A DNA stretch of 63,059 nucleotides, counting the filler, from Collodictyon triciliatum (Eukaryota), in assembly GCA_043381765.1 (NCBI GenBank). It is 9 parts of 9 records of this genome, joined end to end, with 100 filler letters (N's around TTAATTAATTAA, not from the genome) between each part and the next. Parts side by side here need not be neighbours in the genome. Positions count along the whole stretch, not along the records: positions 7,741 to 15,382 come from JBHJMP010003806.1; positions 15,483 to 23,118 come from JBHJMP010003807.1; positions 23,219 to 30,855 come from JBHJMP010003808.1; 6 more parts are not named here. One strand, 5' to 3'. The stretch's first letter is position 1; each line of letters starts with the position of its first letter. Below, piece by piece: positions 13,548-29,167 of this stretch. The notes under the pieces are model-generated. The model saw only the letters and a list, made by a program, of their open reading frames with translations, had not been told where the DNA came from and ran no database searches. The position numbers were made by a program, and so were the translations under genes.

Positions 13548-15037
13548 TAAACCTATTCGGGCTATGAAATATGGATTGTTTCTTTATAATATCATATCTA
13601 TCCCTCTTTCTCTCTTTTTCTTTGTTATTATTTTTCTTTCTTTCTTTCTTTCTTTATTTGTTTATTTGTTTATTTGTTTATTTCTTTATTTCTTTATTTC
13701 TTTATTTCTTTATTTCTTTATTTAGGCACTAGAAAAAAACAACTTCCAGCACAAAGCGCATAAAGCAAAGCTTTTGGGCACATTCACGTAGCACAAAGGC
13801 GGGGAGGTCCACAGGATATAAGAGCCAAAGTACTTGTTCAACTCTTTCCTTTTGTTTTTTAAAAAAAAAAAAACCAAATGAATGCATTTGCTTGTTTGGA
13901 GAATATTAGTTGCAAAGTGTCGGCCTTGTGGCTTCTTGGAATACTTTTTTTTTTTTTTGTCAAAGAGCAGCGCAACTCTCTTCTGCCTTCTTCCGCAACC
14001 CATGAGCCGATCTATTGGATACAAAAGCCACACGGAGACTTGAGATCTCAGATTGCCACGGCCGCACAGCACCATTTAAAAGTTGAACCTCATTTAATAC
14101 TTAAGCTCTAATTTCCAGTATTATGTTGGATATATGTCATTATAATACGCAGTGATGAAATATTATAGCTAAAATAATTTATTTTCCACAACTAGAAATA
14201 TTCGGTAGATTTTCTTCTTGCGGCTCGCCGTTATGAGAAGGGCGCAGAATCAGCAGGTGAGAATTGCAAGATAAGACCCGCAGAGACCGAAAGGCCAATG
14301 ACAGGTTTTCAAAGGCGTTGTGCGATACAGCCACTCAAGCGCGATGCTGAAACACGCCCACATTCCTTCAAACTCTGGCTGGAAGCAAGGAAAGATGCGG
14401 GGGACTGTCATCAGATATCTACCGTCTTCTGTCGAGCCTCCACCACCCATGAAGCCAACCAACACGCTAATCTGCTCGCCCGACCAACCCGCCATCGCTG
14501 ACTTCTTTTGAGAGGAGTCATCCTTCCCACCAATCTCTTTTCTTTCATCCTTCTCCAAGCATATGTCTTTCTCCGCCTCTCCTGTGCAACTTAACCCAAT
14601 CTAAACTTGGATTCGAATAAAGAAAGAACAGAAAAAGAAAAAGAAAACAAAAAAGCAGTGAAGTTGGTTATATGCAACGACACCCAGGCCATTCACTCCG
14701 GTGGCGGTTAACTTTTGCAACAGATCAAAAAAAAAAATAATAGAGATAAGAAACCCGTAAGAAACTGAAGGCTCGGGCGAAACAAAGGGCTGTGAAGGAA
14801 ACATTGTGGGATATGTTTTGGAGGGAAACTGGTAAAACGTGTTATGGACAAGCACGATACTTGAAAGTTTCTTCGAAAAAAAAAAAGGACGAAAAGCAAA
14901 AACGTGTTGGCCATAGCCGCTGTTTTCTTACCGACGCAACCCTAGAATGTCTCGACACGCATCGTTTTTCTCCCATCCGATTCAAGGCGACTTCAACCGA
15001 CTGTAGTTTTTGCTTCGTCAAACAATATGCAATCCTT

Positions 15038-15382
15038 CTTTTTCTTTTCTTTTTCTTCTTTTCTTTTTCTTCTTTTCTTTTTCTTTTTCTTCTTTTTTTT
15101 CTTCTTCTTTTTCTTCTTCTTTTTCTTCTTCTTTTTCTTCTTCTTCTTCTTCTTCTTTTTCTTTTTCTTCTTTTTCTTCTTTTTCTTCTTTTTCTTCTTT
15201 TTCTTCTTTCTTCTTTCTTCTTTCTTCTTTCTTCTTTCTTCTTCTTTCTTCTTTCTTCTTTCTTCTTTCTTCTATCTTCTTTTTTCTTTCTTCTTTCTTC
15301 TTTCTTCTTTCTTCTTTCTTCTTTCTTCTTTCTTCTTTCTTCTTTCTTCTTTCTTCTTTCTTCTTTCTTCTTTCTTCTTTCT
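15038..15382. repeat. (TTC/TTCTTTC)n pyrimidine tract at scaffold end
   Basis: Seen directly. Confidence 0.95.
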
Positions 15383-15482
15383 NNNNNNNNNNNNNNNNNN
15401 NNNNNNNNNNNNNNNNNNNNNNNNNNTTAATTAATTAANNNNNNNNNNNNNNNNNNNNNNNNNNNNNNNNNNNNNNNNNNNN

Positions 15483-15580
15483 AACAAACAAACAAACAAA
15501 CAAACAAACAAACAAACAAACAAACAAACAAACAAACAAACAAACAAACAAACAAACAAACAAACAAACAAACAAACAAA
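15483..15580. repeat. (AAAC)n at scaffold start
   Basis: Seen directly. Confidence 0.95.
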
Positions 15581-15687
15581 CGACCCAACTATCCTTTCAG
15601 ATACACAACCATTGTGAGAAAATATAAATATAGAATGCTCTAGTCTTAACATCACTATAAGAAGTATTCTAATAACTGTCATACCAG

Positions 15688-17536
<1,849 letters not shown>

Positions 17537-17968
17537 AGCATGAAAGAGAATGTCGAAAAAACCCAGACAAACTTTGCAAATCCCCCTCTGAACGCCTCGC
17601 TTAATCCTCCCATCACCTCCTAATATGTCTCACAAAACCCTCGAGACTCTGGACACGAAGAAGATTAAAGAAACTCCAATCAATAAAACCTACTGATGAC
17701 CACAAACTTTGGAAATGAAATACACATCTCTATCAATGCGGTTCGCCTTGCAAGTATCTGCCCAGACACCAAGATTTTCCAGCACTGTTTTGCGTGGACC
17801 AACATTTTCAACACAACGCCACCAGTCGGTGAGGCGGATGCAGCAAAGTCCCTTGGTATTGGCTGTTCTTCTTTTCTTGTGCACGGCCAGGCGGCAGACA
17901 AACGACATCTTTCATTTTCTTTTTAATATATTTTTTTCAACGTTTGTCCAGACGAGGAAATGCCACTG

Positions 17969-18512
17969 TCAATCACTATCACTGCTATCATCAGAGTCTG
18001 TGGTTGGCGCAGTAAGACGCCGCTTCGAGGTCAGTGCCGAATCGATGCGTAGGAAGAATTCACATGTTTCCATAACCGCAAACAAAAGAGAGGTCCTGCG
18101 TTGTTGAGGGCGACAACAATAAGAACAACAAAGAAAAAAAAATTCGCTTCAGGATGTTAATACCACATTTTGGAGTCAGAAATGTTGGAAACATGAATAT
18201 GTTGAGATGAGTTTCATCCTGAAGAGAATACATACTTGGACTCTATTGTTTCCAAACCACATGTTTCCTCATCGACTAAAACTTTTATTTTCCCTTCTAC
18301 TTGGTGTTATTACACGAATTAAAAATTAAGCTGATGTTGTACTTTTTCTTTTAAAATCGTTCAGCATGTCTAAATTTTTTTTGTCTTTGAATCGAATCAA
18401 GGAAAAAAAGGCCAATAATTTTAAATGTAAAAGGATAAACTTTACGTTTTGATAAAGCATCAACGATGAGAGCTTGATTTTTTGCTTTTTTCAAAAAGTA
18501 TGCCTACAAGAA

Positions 18513-18577
<65 letters not shown>

Positions 18578-19668
18578 GCATTAATGAATTCATGAAGAGT
18601 CTACAAAGCCAATCAGTTAAAATTGAATCAGAGAATTTGAAATGAGCAGACAATTACCTTATTTACTTCACGGAAGACATGAGTTAAATTATTGGGTCCG
18701 ATGTTGCATAGAGCAGAAGCCACCACAAATTTATATGCAGACGATAGAATCCGCGCCATTACAACTTCTTCGAAACTGACACACAAGAACAAATAAATAA
18801 AAAATTCTTATCAGGTAAAATCAAAAGAACAGTAATTAACGGAAGAAAAAAAAAAGGCACGCGGTGGCCATACTAAAAGTATAGCTAATACTATTAGTAA
18901 TGGTCTTTTGACGAAAACGACTAATTTTAATATCTACTTAAGAATGGAAAGCGCATTGAATAATACCAAGCTAATAGAAGATACATAAGAATAATGTTGC
19001 AATCACCTTGACCCATTCGTGATCTTTTCTTTTGATAGCTCGTCAAAGAATTGATTTAATTCCATTTCCTGTGGTGTGTGGAGTAGAGGCGATATTATTC
19101 AGGTATGAGAGCACACACAATCACCCGTTGAACTTCAAGAGGTGTGATTTTTCGAATTCAGTTCAATACAAATTCTTCGCGTTTGTAATTAATATATAAT
19201 CGTACACCAGCAAAAAAAGCAGGAATCAAGACGTGATCCGATTTTCCTAATGAAAACAAAGCTTTCTTTGGTATTCGAAGAATATCTCGAACCTGGGTAT
19301 GTTAACTATAACCATAAAGTATATTTAATCAAATCGAGGGCTCATTTGTAACTTCTTAAAAGTAGTTGAATTAACTAACCCACAGAATCGCTCATGCCCA
19401 ACTATGAATACCAGTTAAAAAAATAATAATAAAAAAAGATAAGAAAGGTTAATTCTAACGGATATTTGCTAACGATCACAATCTAGTTAGGAGAAAAGAA
19501 GGGAGGAGAACGGAATGAAATATGAGTGTGTTACTTGGCACCTCTAAGTAAAAAAAGATGGAAATTTTGATAAAATAAAAATAAAAATAAAAATAAAAAT
19601 AAAAATAAAAATAAAAATAAAAATAAAAATAAAAATAAAAATAAAAATAAAAATAAAAATAAAAATAA

Positions 19669-19699
<31 letters not shown>

Positions 19700-20992
19700 T
19701 AAAAATAAAAATAAAAATAAAAATAAAAATAAAAATAAAAATAAGAGAACCAATTAACATATCAACCTGGTCAGCAGTTCTTGAAATAATAATCAAGCAT
19801 CTCCTAACGGACGTTGCATATTGGTCCAATAATACTTGTGACGGAGCCCTCAGAATGATGTAAGGGCAGCTGCATTTTGAGTGAGACAGGAATATGGAGA
19901 AGTTCGCATATCAACAAAAAATATGCATAAGTTGTGACAAGAAGTGTGTTGAATTCAAAAGCTATTTTCATGTAACATGAAAGACCAATTAATGGTTGCG
20001 CTATAAATAAGTTGAAGAAAATGCAAGCCGCCTGCGGTTATAATGAAAGCAGCCCCAACAGAAAAAATGAAGGACTCAATAGATTCAGAGGCGACCAGCT
20101 ATATATTTTTAAGAAATTGGTTACATCTAGCGTTCATCAAAATCAATACGGCATATATACATTGATACCTGCTCGTAATCGACGACATGAGTGTTGTTGT
20201 TAAAAGCAATCTGCCGGGCGTCATCGTCATCAACGCTCTAATCAATTTTAATATGATTTGAATAGCGTACCGGACAAATCGGATGAAAATGATGAGTCCA
20301 TCAAACCTTTCTTTCGATGATTCATATCAATGGTAATTTACGCATTTAATAATTTTTTCTGGCGAGAGTGTATGAGAAAGAGAAACAGCAATAGAGTGTA
20401 AGAATCCACTACCTGTACAATTACCATATTATGCCTTGAGCATATATCAGAAACGACATCTGAAACAGTCTCTGTCGATATTATCATGTGGACACCTCTA
20501 GCCGATAGGTGCTGTACTAAACTGCGAATCTAGTGGACATATTTACAACTCATTTCGAGACAATAGGCTTTTTGAATGAACAAAAAATACTTGAAAGAAA
20601 AGGAAAGAAAAAAAAAGAGGCTCGTAGAAGATTACAAAAAATGAAAATGAAAATGAAAATGAGAATGAGAATGAAAATGAAAATGAAAATGAAAATGAAA
20701 ATGAAAATGAAAATGAAAATGAAAATGAAAAAAGAAAAGCAGGAATAACCGCTTCTTCCTGTGAGATAGAATAATCCTTGGCTTGTTCATCACTTGAGTG
20801 ATTTAGCTCTAGTTTTATTCCCTTCTCCCACAAAGTTAGATAAGATAAGTTAATTCAAGATCGAATTTTGTAACATTCATGACGCCAAATGGTCACCATC
20901 CTAACTTTTCGGATATTTTAAGTATCCAACCTTCCATGATATAAAACAAAACAAAACAAAACAAAACAAAACAAAACAAAACAAAACAAAAC

Positions 20993-21023
<31 letters not shown>

Positions 21024-22927
21024 AAAACAAAAATAAAACAAAAATAAAACAAAAATAAAACAAAAATAAAACAAAAATAAAACAAAAATAAAACTGAGAC
21101 GATATTTTTCACATGTGTAGTCATCGATACCCTGTATAATTTTTGGTGCAGATCCATGAAAGTGAATTTTATAATGATGACTTTGAAAGGTCCCCTAAAT
21201 TACGGGGTTGCTTAAAAATGTGTTTGATGATTTGTCTTCACCTTCTTATTGCATCATAAATTGCGCCATTGCAAGTTGATAGTCACCTCCCAAAACGAGG
21301 TAGTAGCCCGGGTCTTGTGGGGATATGATTCTAAATGGCGTTGACAGTATTAGTAACAAAACAAGAAGCAAATTGCACTGAGACGGAGCCTACCAATAGA
21401 TATCCAGAGAAAACAACAGACTGTGAGAGGTTGCTTCCTGGTATTTTCATGACAGGCAGCGAAGATGGGAAGCTATTTAAGACCTACGAGTTTTATTTAA
21501 GAATAATTTATTTATTCTATCTTAATCCAACTGATTTTTCAAATGACATGTTCAAAAAATAAAGTATAACAACTGTTACATAAGCCCACATATCTATATC
21601 TCATAATAACACACTTCGATAGGATACTATATGATACACCACGTTATTTTTTTCCTTTATTCGATCCAATATGAAGAAATTAAAATAAAGAGCAAAATAG
21701 AGAGGCCTTATAACACACTCGGATATCTGAGCATGGGTTAAAATGCTAATAAGATACCTTGAGATGTCCTTCTTTTCTATTAGACAATAAAGTGAGAAAT
21801 TCAGATACGATTTTTAGCAATGCTTCTACCGTAGATCTGCTATATCTCCCTACAAGACGCCAGCAAGCACCCACCAATAAAGATGGGAGGGAATAGCTTA
21901 ATAGTATGATGTAAAATGCATACCCAAAAGCGCATAATTTACACAAATCAAATAAAAGGTTGCCAAAATATAAGTCCGTGAATATTTCCGCCTCTCAGAA
22001 AATTTTTCTCGCGATTCGAAGCACTGCAATAGGAAATACCCAAACATATTACCATGTAAAACCGGGGATAGAAGCCTTCCACTTATAGTGAGCAAAAATA
22101 AGACAAGACTTTTCTCTCCCAATTCATATGGAGTTCGAGTGCTAATCTAAACATACTGTCCTTATTACGTGATTTAAAATCAACATAATCTAAGTTTTTT
22201 TTATTTTCTTTTATTTCGAGATATACTATTTTATAAAAATTCGTGAGGGTGCTACCATTTGAAGGCACTTATTTAGCGACTGGTTCACAATCAGTTCATT
22301 TCTTAACTTAGACAGTCCGAAACGAAGCTTAAAAATGTGCCCAGAAAATTGAGACTTTGGGCATGAGTCTATGAGCTTAATTGATATTTTAATTTTTTTT
22401 AAAAAAACCCTTGGCTATCTAATCCGGTTAGTAATATCTGACATATGTAAATACCAGACGAGAAAAAAAATTAAAGCATATTATTGACTCATCAACAGAT
22501 ACTATTTCCTTCAAAAATGAAAATCAGTGCCGCTTCGAACAATTTCACCAGGGAACAAACCTCCTTCATTACCCGGGAGAAGAGAATGACAAAAGCCTTC
22601 GCACCGTCACCGACTGAATTCTTGGGTTCAAAATTGTGATTGATTTGTTTAATGCCTTCTAAAAGATTACTTCACGAGCTCACAACATATAAGATGAAGT
22701 ATGATCTTCATGTAATTACAGATTTGATAGATTGAAATGGTTTACGGCACAAAAATACCAATAGATCACTTGATTAGAAAATGCTCAACCACATACAGCA
22801 TGATTCTTTGCAGATTCAATCACTATTCGGACAGCAGGATGTTCAACCCGAATGTTCCCTAGAATTGCATCTCCGTTGCTTGATAAGAGAATCTGTCCCG
22901 TGTTGGAAATCAACATCGCATCGCGTC
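17969..22927 (-). CDS. BBS10: BBS10 chaperonin-like protein (5' partial, many exons)
   Basis: GRDAMLISNTGQILLSSNGDAILGNIRVEHPAVRIVIESAKNHAVCVGDGAKAFVIL; KIPGSNLSQSVVFSGYLL; HLSARGVHMIIST; IILRAPSQVLLDQY; C-terminus GLETIESKTSLLFAVMETCEFFLRIDSALTSKRR..DSD*. GDGAK instead of the CCT GDGTT. Confidence 0.85.
19570..19743. repeat. (AAAAAT)n intronic microsatellite; other BBS10 introns carry (AAAT)n about 18512-18575, (GAAAAT)n about 20637-20729 and (AAAAC)n about 20942-21091
   Basis: Seen directly. Confidence 0.95.
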
Positions 22928-23218
22928 CTTTGTAACGGAGAGAATGTATTTAATGCTCATTGAGCTTCTACCTTAGCGAATACCAAAATCGGTCTATCTT
23001 TCATTGATACAAGCTTCGCAAGACTGCTTTAATGCTCCCAAAAATAAAAGAAAAAAATAAAAGAAAAAAATAAAAGAAAAAAATAAAAGAAAAAAATAAA
23101 AGAAAAAAAATAAAAGAANNNNNNNNNNNNNNNNNNNNNNNNNNNNNNNNNNNNNNNNNNNNTTAATTAATTAANNNNNNNNNNNNNNNNNNNNNNNNNN
23201 NNNNNNNNNNNNNNNNNN

Positions 23219-23580
23219 AAAAAAAGAAAAAAAGAAAAAAAGAAAAAAGAAAAAAAGAAAAAAAGAAAAAAAGAAAAAAAGAAAAAAAGAAAAAAAGAAA
23301 AAAAGAGAAGAAAAAAAGAGAAGAAAAAAAGAGAAGAAAAGAAAAAGAAAAAAGAAAAATCTGAATACAAAAACAAAAACAAAAACAAAACCAAAACCAA
23401 AAAACAAGAACAAAACCAAAAACAAGAACAAAACCAAAACCAAAACCAAGAACAAAACCAAAACCAAAACCAAAAACAAGAACAAAACCAAAAACAAGAA
23501 CAAAACCAAAACCAAAACCAAAAACAAGAACAAAACCAAAACCAAAACCAAAACCAAAAACAAGAACAAAAACAAAAAAG
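23219..23580. repeat. A-rich compound repeat (AAAAAAAG, AAAACC, AAAAAC units)
   Basis: Seen directly. Confidence 0.9.
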
Positions 23581-23671
23581 AAAAAACTAAAAATGGAAAA
23601 AAGAACAAATAGAAAAGAAAAAAGTATACCCCTGTGCTCAACACCATTAGTGATAGAAAAAAAGTTTTGTC

Positions 23672-24812
23672 ATGCGCAGGCCTCCTTCTTCTTCAGTTGG
23701 GGCGCCATTCAATCCTTACGCACAACGCAGCACCCCCACGTCGACAAGCACCTCAAAGTCGTCTTCGCCTCCACCTTCTGACTCCACGCTGTCAGAGTCA
23801 TCCTCGCGGGAGTCGAGAATAGGCAACCGCACCTCGAAGGCGACTTTTGACTCCCCTCCTCCTCCGAGATACATCATCAATCCGTACCAAGACACAAACC
23901 AAGCCACCAACCCAGAGCGCTCTAGCTCAGCCTCTTCGTCTTCACTAACAGAGCCTTTTGCTTCAGAGTCAAGGGAATCGCCTTCAGTCTCTATTACGAA
24001 AGCAAACGACGAAGCCTATCCAGATGACGAGACAGAACTGATGTTTGGGCTGCAGCCTGGCTCTCTTCAATTGCGAAGAAAGTTGAGGCAAAAAGCAAAA
24101 AATCTGTACTCACCAACCTTGCCAGAAAACCCGTATGCGAGTTTTGATCTCCCGAATCTAGAGATGCGCGATTACGCCAGAACATATGAACCCATCTATC
24201 CTGACATCAATTCTACGCCTGGGGTCATAAGCCCAGCCTCTCTGCATTTAAATCCATGTAAGAATCCATCAAGGGTGACTCCTGCCCACTTGTGCATACC
24301 TTTATAAATATATGTTAACATTGTCTAGTCTACATCTAGCATGTGGCAAATTCAATATGCTAATAATGATTCACTACGAAATGCAGATTTTCACTTCTAC
24401 CTTTATGTTTGTTTATGCCCTATCTTATCCATTTTTTTGAATAAGGCTATCCTAAGTGTTATCGTTTAGGTGATGCCAAACCACGAATACGGAAGCTTGA
24501 AATTGTGAGTGCTGGTACAAATTACACACTCCCTATGGTAGCTATGGCAACCTTTGATGATAAAACAGAGGAAGGAAATAGCATTATTCTATGGTTTCGT
24601 GACGTATGCAAGTCATCTGGCCCCAGAGTGGGTAAGTCAAAAGGGATGATGATATCTACATTATCATTTGCTATCATGTTTTCATGACCTTATCAACAAT
24701 CAATTATATAGCACGAAATGGTGTATCTTTCTGTTTTTATCTTATACATACATACATACATACATACATACATACATACATACATACATACATACATACA
24801 TACATACATACA

Positions 24813-24847
<35 letters not shown>

Positions 24848-26140
24848 TGAAAAAAAATACATTTAGTTGCACAGGGAAAAGTTTTTCAGCCATGCATCGA
24901 TGACATACACGCCTGTATCTGGGTAGAATATACACCTATTAGTAAATTCGGTGTCCAGGGAGATTCTCAAATACTTTACGTCAACACCCCAGCCATCAAG
25001 ATACGTAAGTCGTAAATTAATCGTTTTACGTATATGCTGGAATTCAACCTCAACATCAAATCCAAAATTCAATTAAATTCTTTGGATTGGTTTCGAATTC
25101 AACCACCTCAATGATAATATATGGGAATACTTTTTGTAAACGCGCATCATACTCGTGATATGGCAGAGTTTAATCTGAAGCGTTTGGATTTACGTAAATA
25201 TTAACCATAATGATGTATTTATATACATACATCAATAAATTAGACCCCCAAATCACTTCTGCTGTCGAAAGCGCAGTTAAATCAAAGATATTTGTTCTTG
25301 AGGTTTTGTTTTCAGAGATCATGCTTATCTTAACCCAATACAAATTCAGAGGCGTGTTTCCATAAATTTCTTTTTAATGGATATGCTGGATAGCTTGAGG
25401 TTCTCCAAGACACAAGGTGGTCGCATTGCATCGTTACAGTGCAGCCAGATGGAATAAGACTCAAAAGGTCATATTTTAAGGAATTTTTCCCGTTAAGTGG
25501 ACAAATGAAGGTCAGACATGCTTATAATAGCTTGTAAAATAAAGCAAAAATAAACTTTCTCAAACATTTCTCGAAATGTAGTCATATTTTGTAATCATGG
25601 TCATTTCTTATTTATTTAAACCAACTTATATCTAGGTTATTTTAAACAGAGATTCACACACTCACTTCAATCTTTATCTGAAACCGGAAGTCGTTATCGA
25701 GTTCAGATGCCAAAGGTTAACATCAGTAATATGAATTTGCATTACCTATGTTTTCTTGTGATTATAAACACAATTTTCAGCAACTCAATCCAGTCTTGCT
25801 TTTACTTTCCTTTTTTTTTTTCCTATCTAATTTTCACATCTTATACGTTCACGGTGCAGTTTTATTCAAAGGGAAATAGCAGTGATAACCCTCCGATCTT
25901 TCATCGTAGAATCTATGGTACGATATATTTCCTTTTCTATATATCGAACAACAGAGATATGAAAAATAGGAAGGCTACAAATTTAATACTTTAAACGGGT
26001 TTCTCTTTATTATTTTTTTTAGAAATATTATGCTAGTGTCTGCAATTTATTCTTAACTATTGCAGTTGTCTCAAGAGAGGTCTGGATTGCACAAAGTGCA
26101 AGGACTGAACGAATTTAGATTATCTAATTTATCGACTTGA
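23672..26140 (+). CDS. Protein with Ser/Pro-rich N-terminus, AIR9-type Ig-like domain and PH-like C-terminus (SCAB-like architecture)
   Basis: ILWFR..GKVFQPCIDDIHACIWVEYTPISKFGVQG resembles A9/SCAB Ig repeats. Later exons HPQITSAVE.., IVTVQPDGIRLK and QREIAVITLRSF resemble a PH fold with terminal helix. Some 3' junctions are uncertain. Confidence 0.6.
24745..24841. repeat. (TACA)n intronic microsatellite
   Basis: Seen directly. Confidence 0.95.
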
Positions 26141-26535
26141 CTTTCAAACTCATAATGATGAGACAGTCACGAAGCAGTATTTTATTAGAGCCGAATTACC
26201 ATCAAGAAACGACAAATAATAAATGTGAATAATAAGAAAATACATGTAGTAGATGTTCAAATGAATTTGGTTCTATACATATGTTTGTCCGATAGCTCCC
26301 TCCGAAGAAAAAAAGTACGATGAAAGGCTTTTTTTTTTTTTTTTGTTGTTAAATCTCAGTGATTCATGTACGCGCCCTTTTCTCCATTGAACCCGATGGG
26401 GACATGTGGCACCATTCCAAGGGGTTTTATTCAATTTTACCCGTCAACAAACGGTAGCAAAGGTATCAAAATGAAAACAGTTTTAGCAACCTGTAACATA
26501 AACAAAAAAAAAAAAAACAACTATTTTGCTACAAC

Positions 26536-29094
26536 TCATCCCAACTTGACAGCAATCACGGTAATGTTATCACCACTTTCCCCAATAAATGCCAAGTCTC
26601 TTAACTTGAGTGATGCTCTCCATGGACAGGTTTCTTCGTCTAATTCTTCTGCGACCGTTTCGTCGCTGAGTATGTCCCATAAACCATCGCTAGCGATAAT
26701 CATCCATGTATCAGAATCTTGTCTAATTGATGATTTCGGGTAGAAGGGATAAATAGAGTGCTCCATAACACAAAAAGTGTTCAAAAGAAACTGCCCAGCA
26801 ATAACACTTATCAAATATTGGGGCTGGGTATGCACTCGCTGATTGATTAAAACTGACAAACCTGGGGAGCACATTCACAGATGGCTCGTCAGATACATAT
26901 GGTTCTAAACAAAAGTCTCCAAATCCTCTGGATATGGCCAAAACTCCAGATATGCGACCATCTTCCGAAACAAACGTCCCTGATTCACGTATTCTTCTTT
27001 CTTCGTCCACGGTCTAAAGACCAGTAAATAGTTAAAATTACCATTCGGTTTCTCAACCTTGGTTACAGGTTTTCTTAACACCTTCTTTGAAATGGCTTTA
27101 TTTATCAGAATAATATCAACTAAACACCAGTTTCTAACTGGTGTGGATTTTCATGTTTCTTTGTATTATTGTGGCAATATAGAGAGGCATAATTCAGGAG
27201 TGCTCTCACCGAAGGTTTATGATCAACGGATAGGCGCTCTGCAGACCGACCTCGACATATTATAGCTCTGGAATCACCACTATTTGCGATTATGTACTGC
27301 GAATGACTTATCTAGGTGAATTGTTTCATTTGAATTATTTCTATGAAAAAAATGTCATATTTTTCATATTACGGTGTAAGATTATGTCTATTTACAACTA
27401 ATAATAATAATAAAAAAAAGCTAGATTTTTTGGCTCTCTAGGAAAATAAAGCAACAAACCAGAATTGTGACCGATGTGCTCCCAGATGAAGCTATTTCCA
27501 TTTTGCGCAGAGAATTATTCAATTGTTTATGTGTCCTAGGTTGATAAAAAAAATGGTCTTGACATTGTCAAATAGAGTAAGAAAACAAAATTAATTATGA
27601 TATAGGAAACAAAATAATCATATTGTCATATTCTAAAGGGAGAGTTACACGCGAAAAGCCTCCTCAATCGAGTACATCTCAAAATTATGTGACAAAACCT
27701 TTAGTAGAAAGGTGCATGAGTATTTCCCAGTGGCAAATCAGTTACTTTTTTCAATTTAAAAGAGGAATGTATGAGCGTTTGATACTTTGGAGAAATTCTT
27801 TTTTAAGAAAGCTGCTGTATCCAGTCCATCATGACCTAATGTTATCCAAACTGATGTAAGAGCTTTACCACAATAGATGTGATAGAATATATATAATTTT
27901 GGTAATGTCACAATGGAGTTTTTTTTTTGTTTCTTTTTCTATTGCTCTACCATCAAAAATGCCCAAGAATAATCGTCCTCTAAATGATTTCGAATCGACT
28001 GAAAATTCGTCCTCCATATATCCCCTCCTACCAATAAAAGCGGCGTACCCCACCTTGGTAAAGTAAAGATAGGTATTTCATCAACTTTGAATCGAATGCA
28101 TTGTTGAAAAAAATTACGACTCTAAATGTTACCGGGATGGTGCGTTATGTAATTGTTTGAATTCTTTTTCTGTTTTATTTACAGAAGAAAAAAAAACCTC
28201 CACTGTGAGATAGTCAGGTATGGCATTTAATTGCTCAATTGTCTCTATGTGTGTCTGGACACAATATCAAGCATGTAAATTTCTAACTACGAGCAAATTG
28301 CACACAAAAATTAAAAAAAAAAAAGCTACCATATTTAGCTCCCCTATTTTCTCTAGGGGCTTTATGCTTTCAGGTTGAATCTTGTTCTGGTGTAGATTGA
28401 AAGTGCTACAGATTTTATAAATATTATAACATTAAAAACGTCCTTCAATAGAAATTCATTTTTGCAACCACTGTAGTTAAGCAAAATACTACAAATTGCT
28501 AATAATAATTCTGATAAGAATAAAATAACAATAATACTGTATATGAGGAGATACAATGAGCATGTCTTTAATTTCATTCAGACAGTTCGATGAAAAATCC
28601 TAAAATATGTTTTATTTAATGCGAGTTAAATATGAAAAATTGTGAGTATATTAGAGGTATTTTCCTACAGAAGACTGAAAAAAGACATAATCACGAACAG
28701 CATATTTAAGCCACGACATGCCATGAAGAAAATTCTCTGGTATTGAAGTAAATCGATTCCTGGACATGTCGAGGCCTAGTGCGTATAAAAGACTTTCTCA
28801 AAACGTATTGGAATCATTTGGATAGACAAATAAATAGATAACACAACAATAAAAATATGAATAGCTGTATCATTCAAAAGAGTGAAATAAGAAACCTACT
28901 TATCAATTTAGATAGTCTAGACAGATTAGCGAATGATGCAAAATTCGGGTTGGAAAGATGTCCCTGTTTTAATAAGAGTAGGATAGCAACCCTCCCAATT
29001 TAATTTTTATTCAGAATCGATATTCTCGATGTGTGTAAAATATATGGTATTATATGTCTAAATGACTAAATGGTTCTTTCATATTTTATTAAGC

Positions 29095-29167
<73 letters not shown>

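Noticed and set aside
17969..18110. hAT transposase dimerisation-like C-terminus
   Set aside because: It splices in phase to the upstream exon and matches the BBS10 C-terminus.
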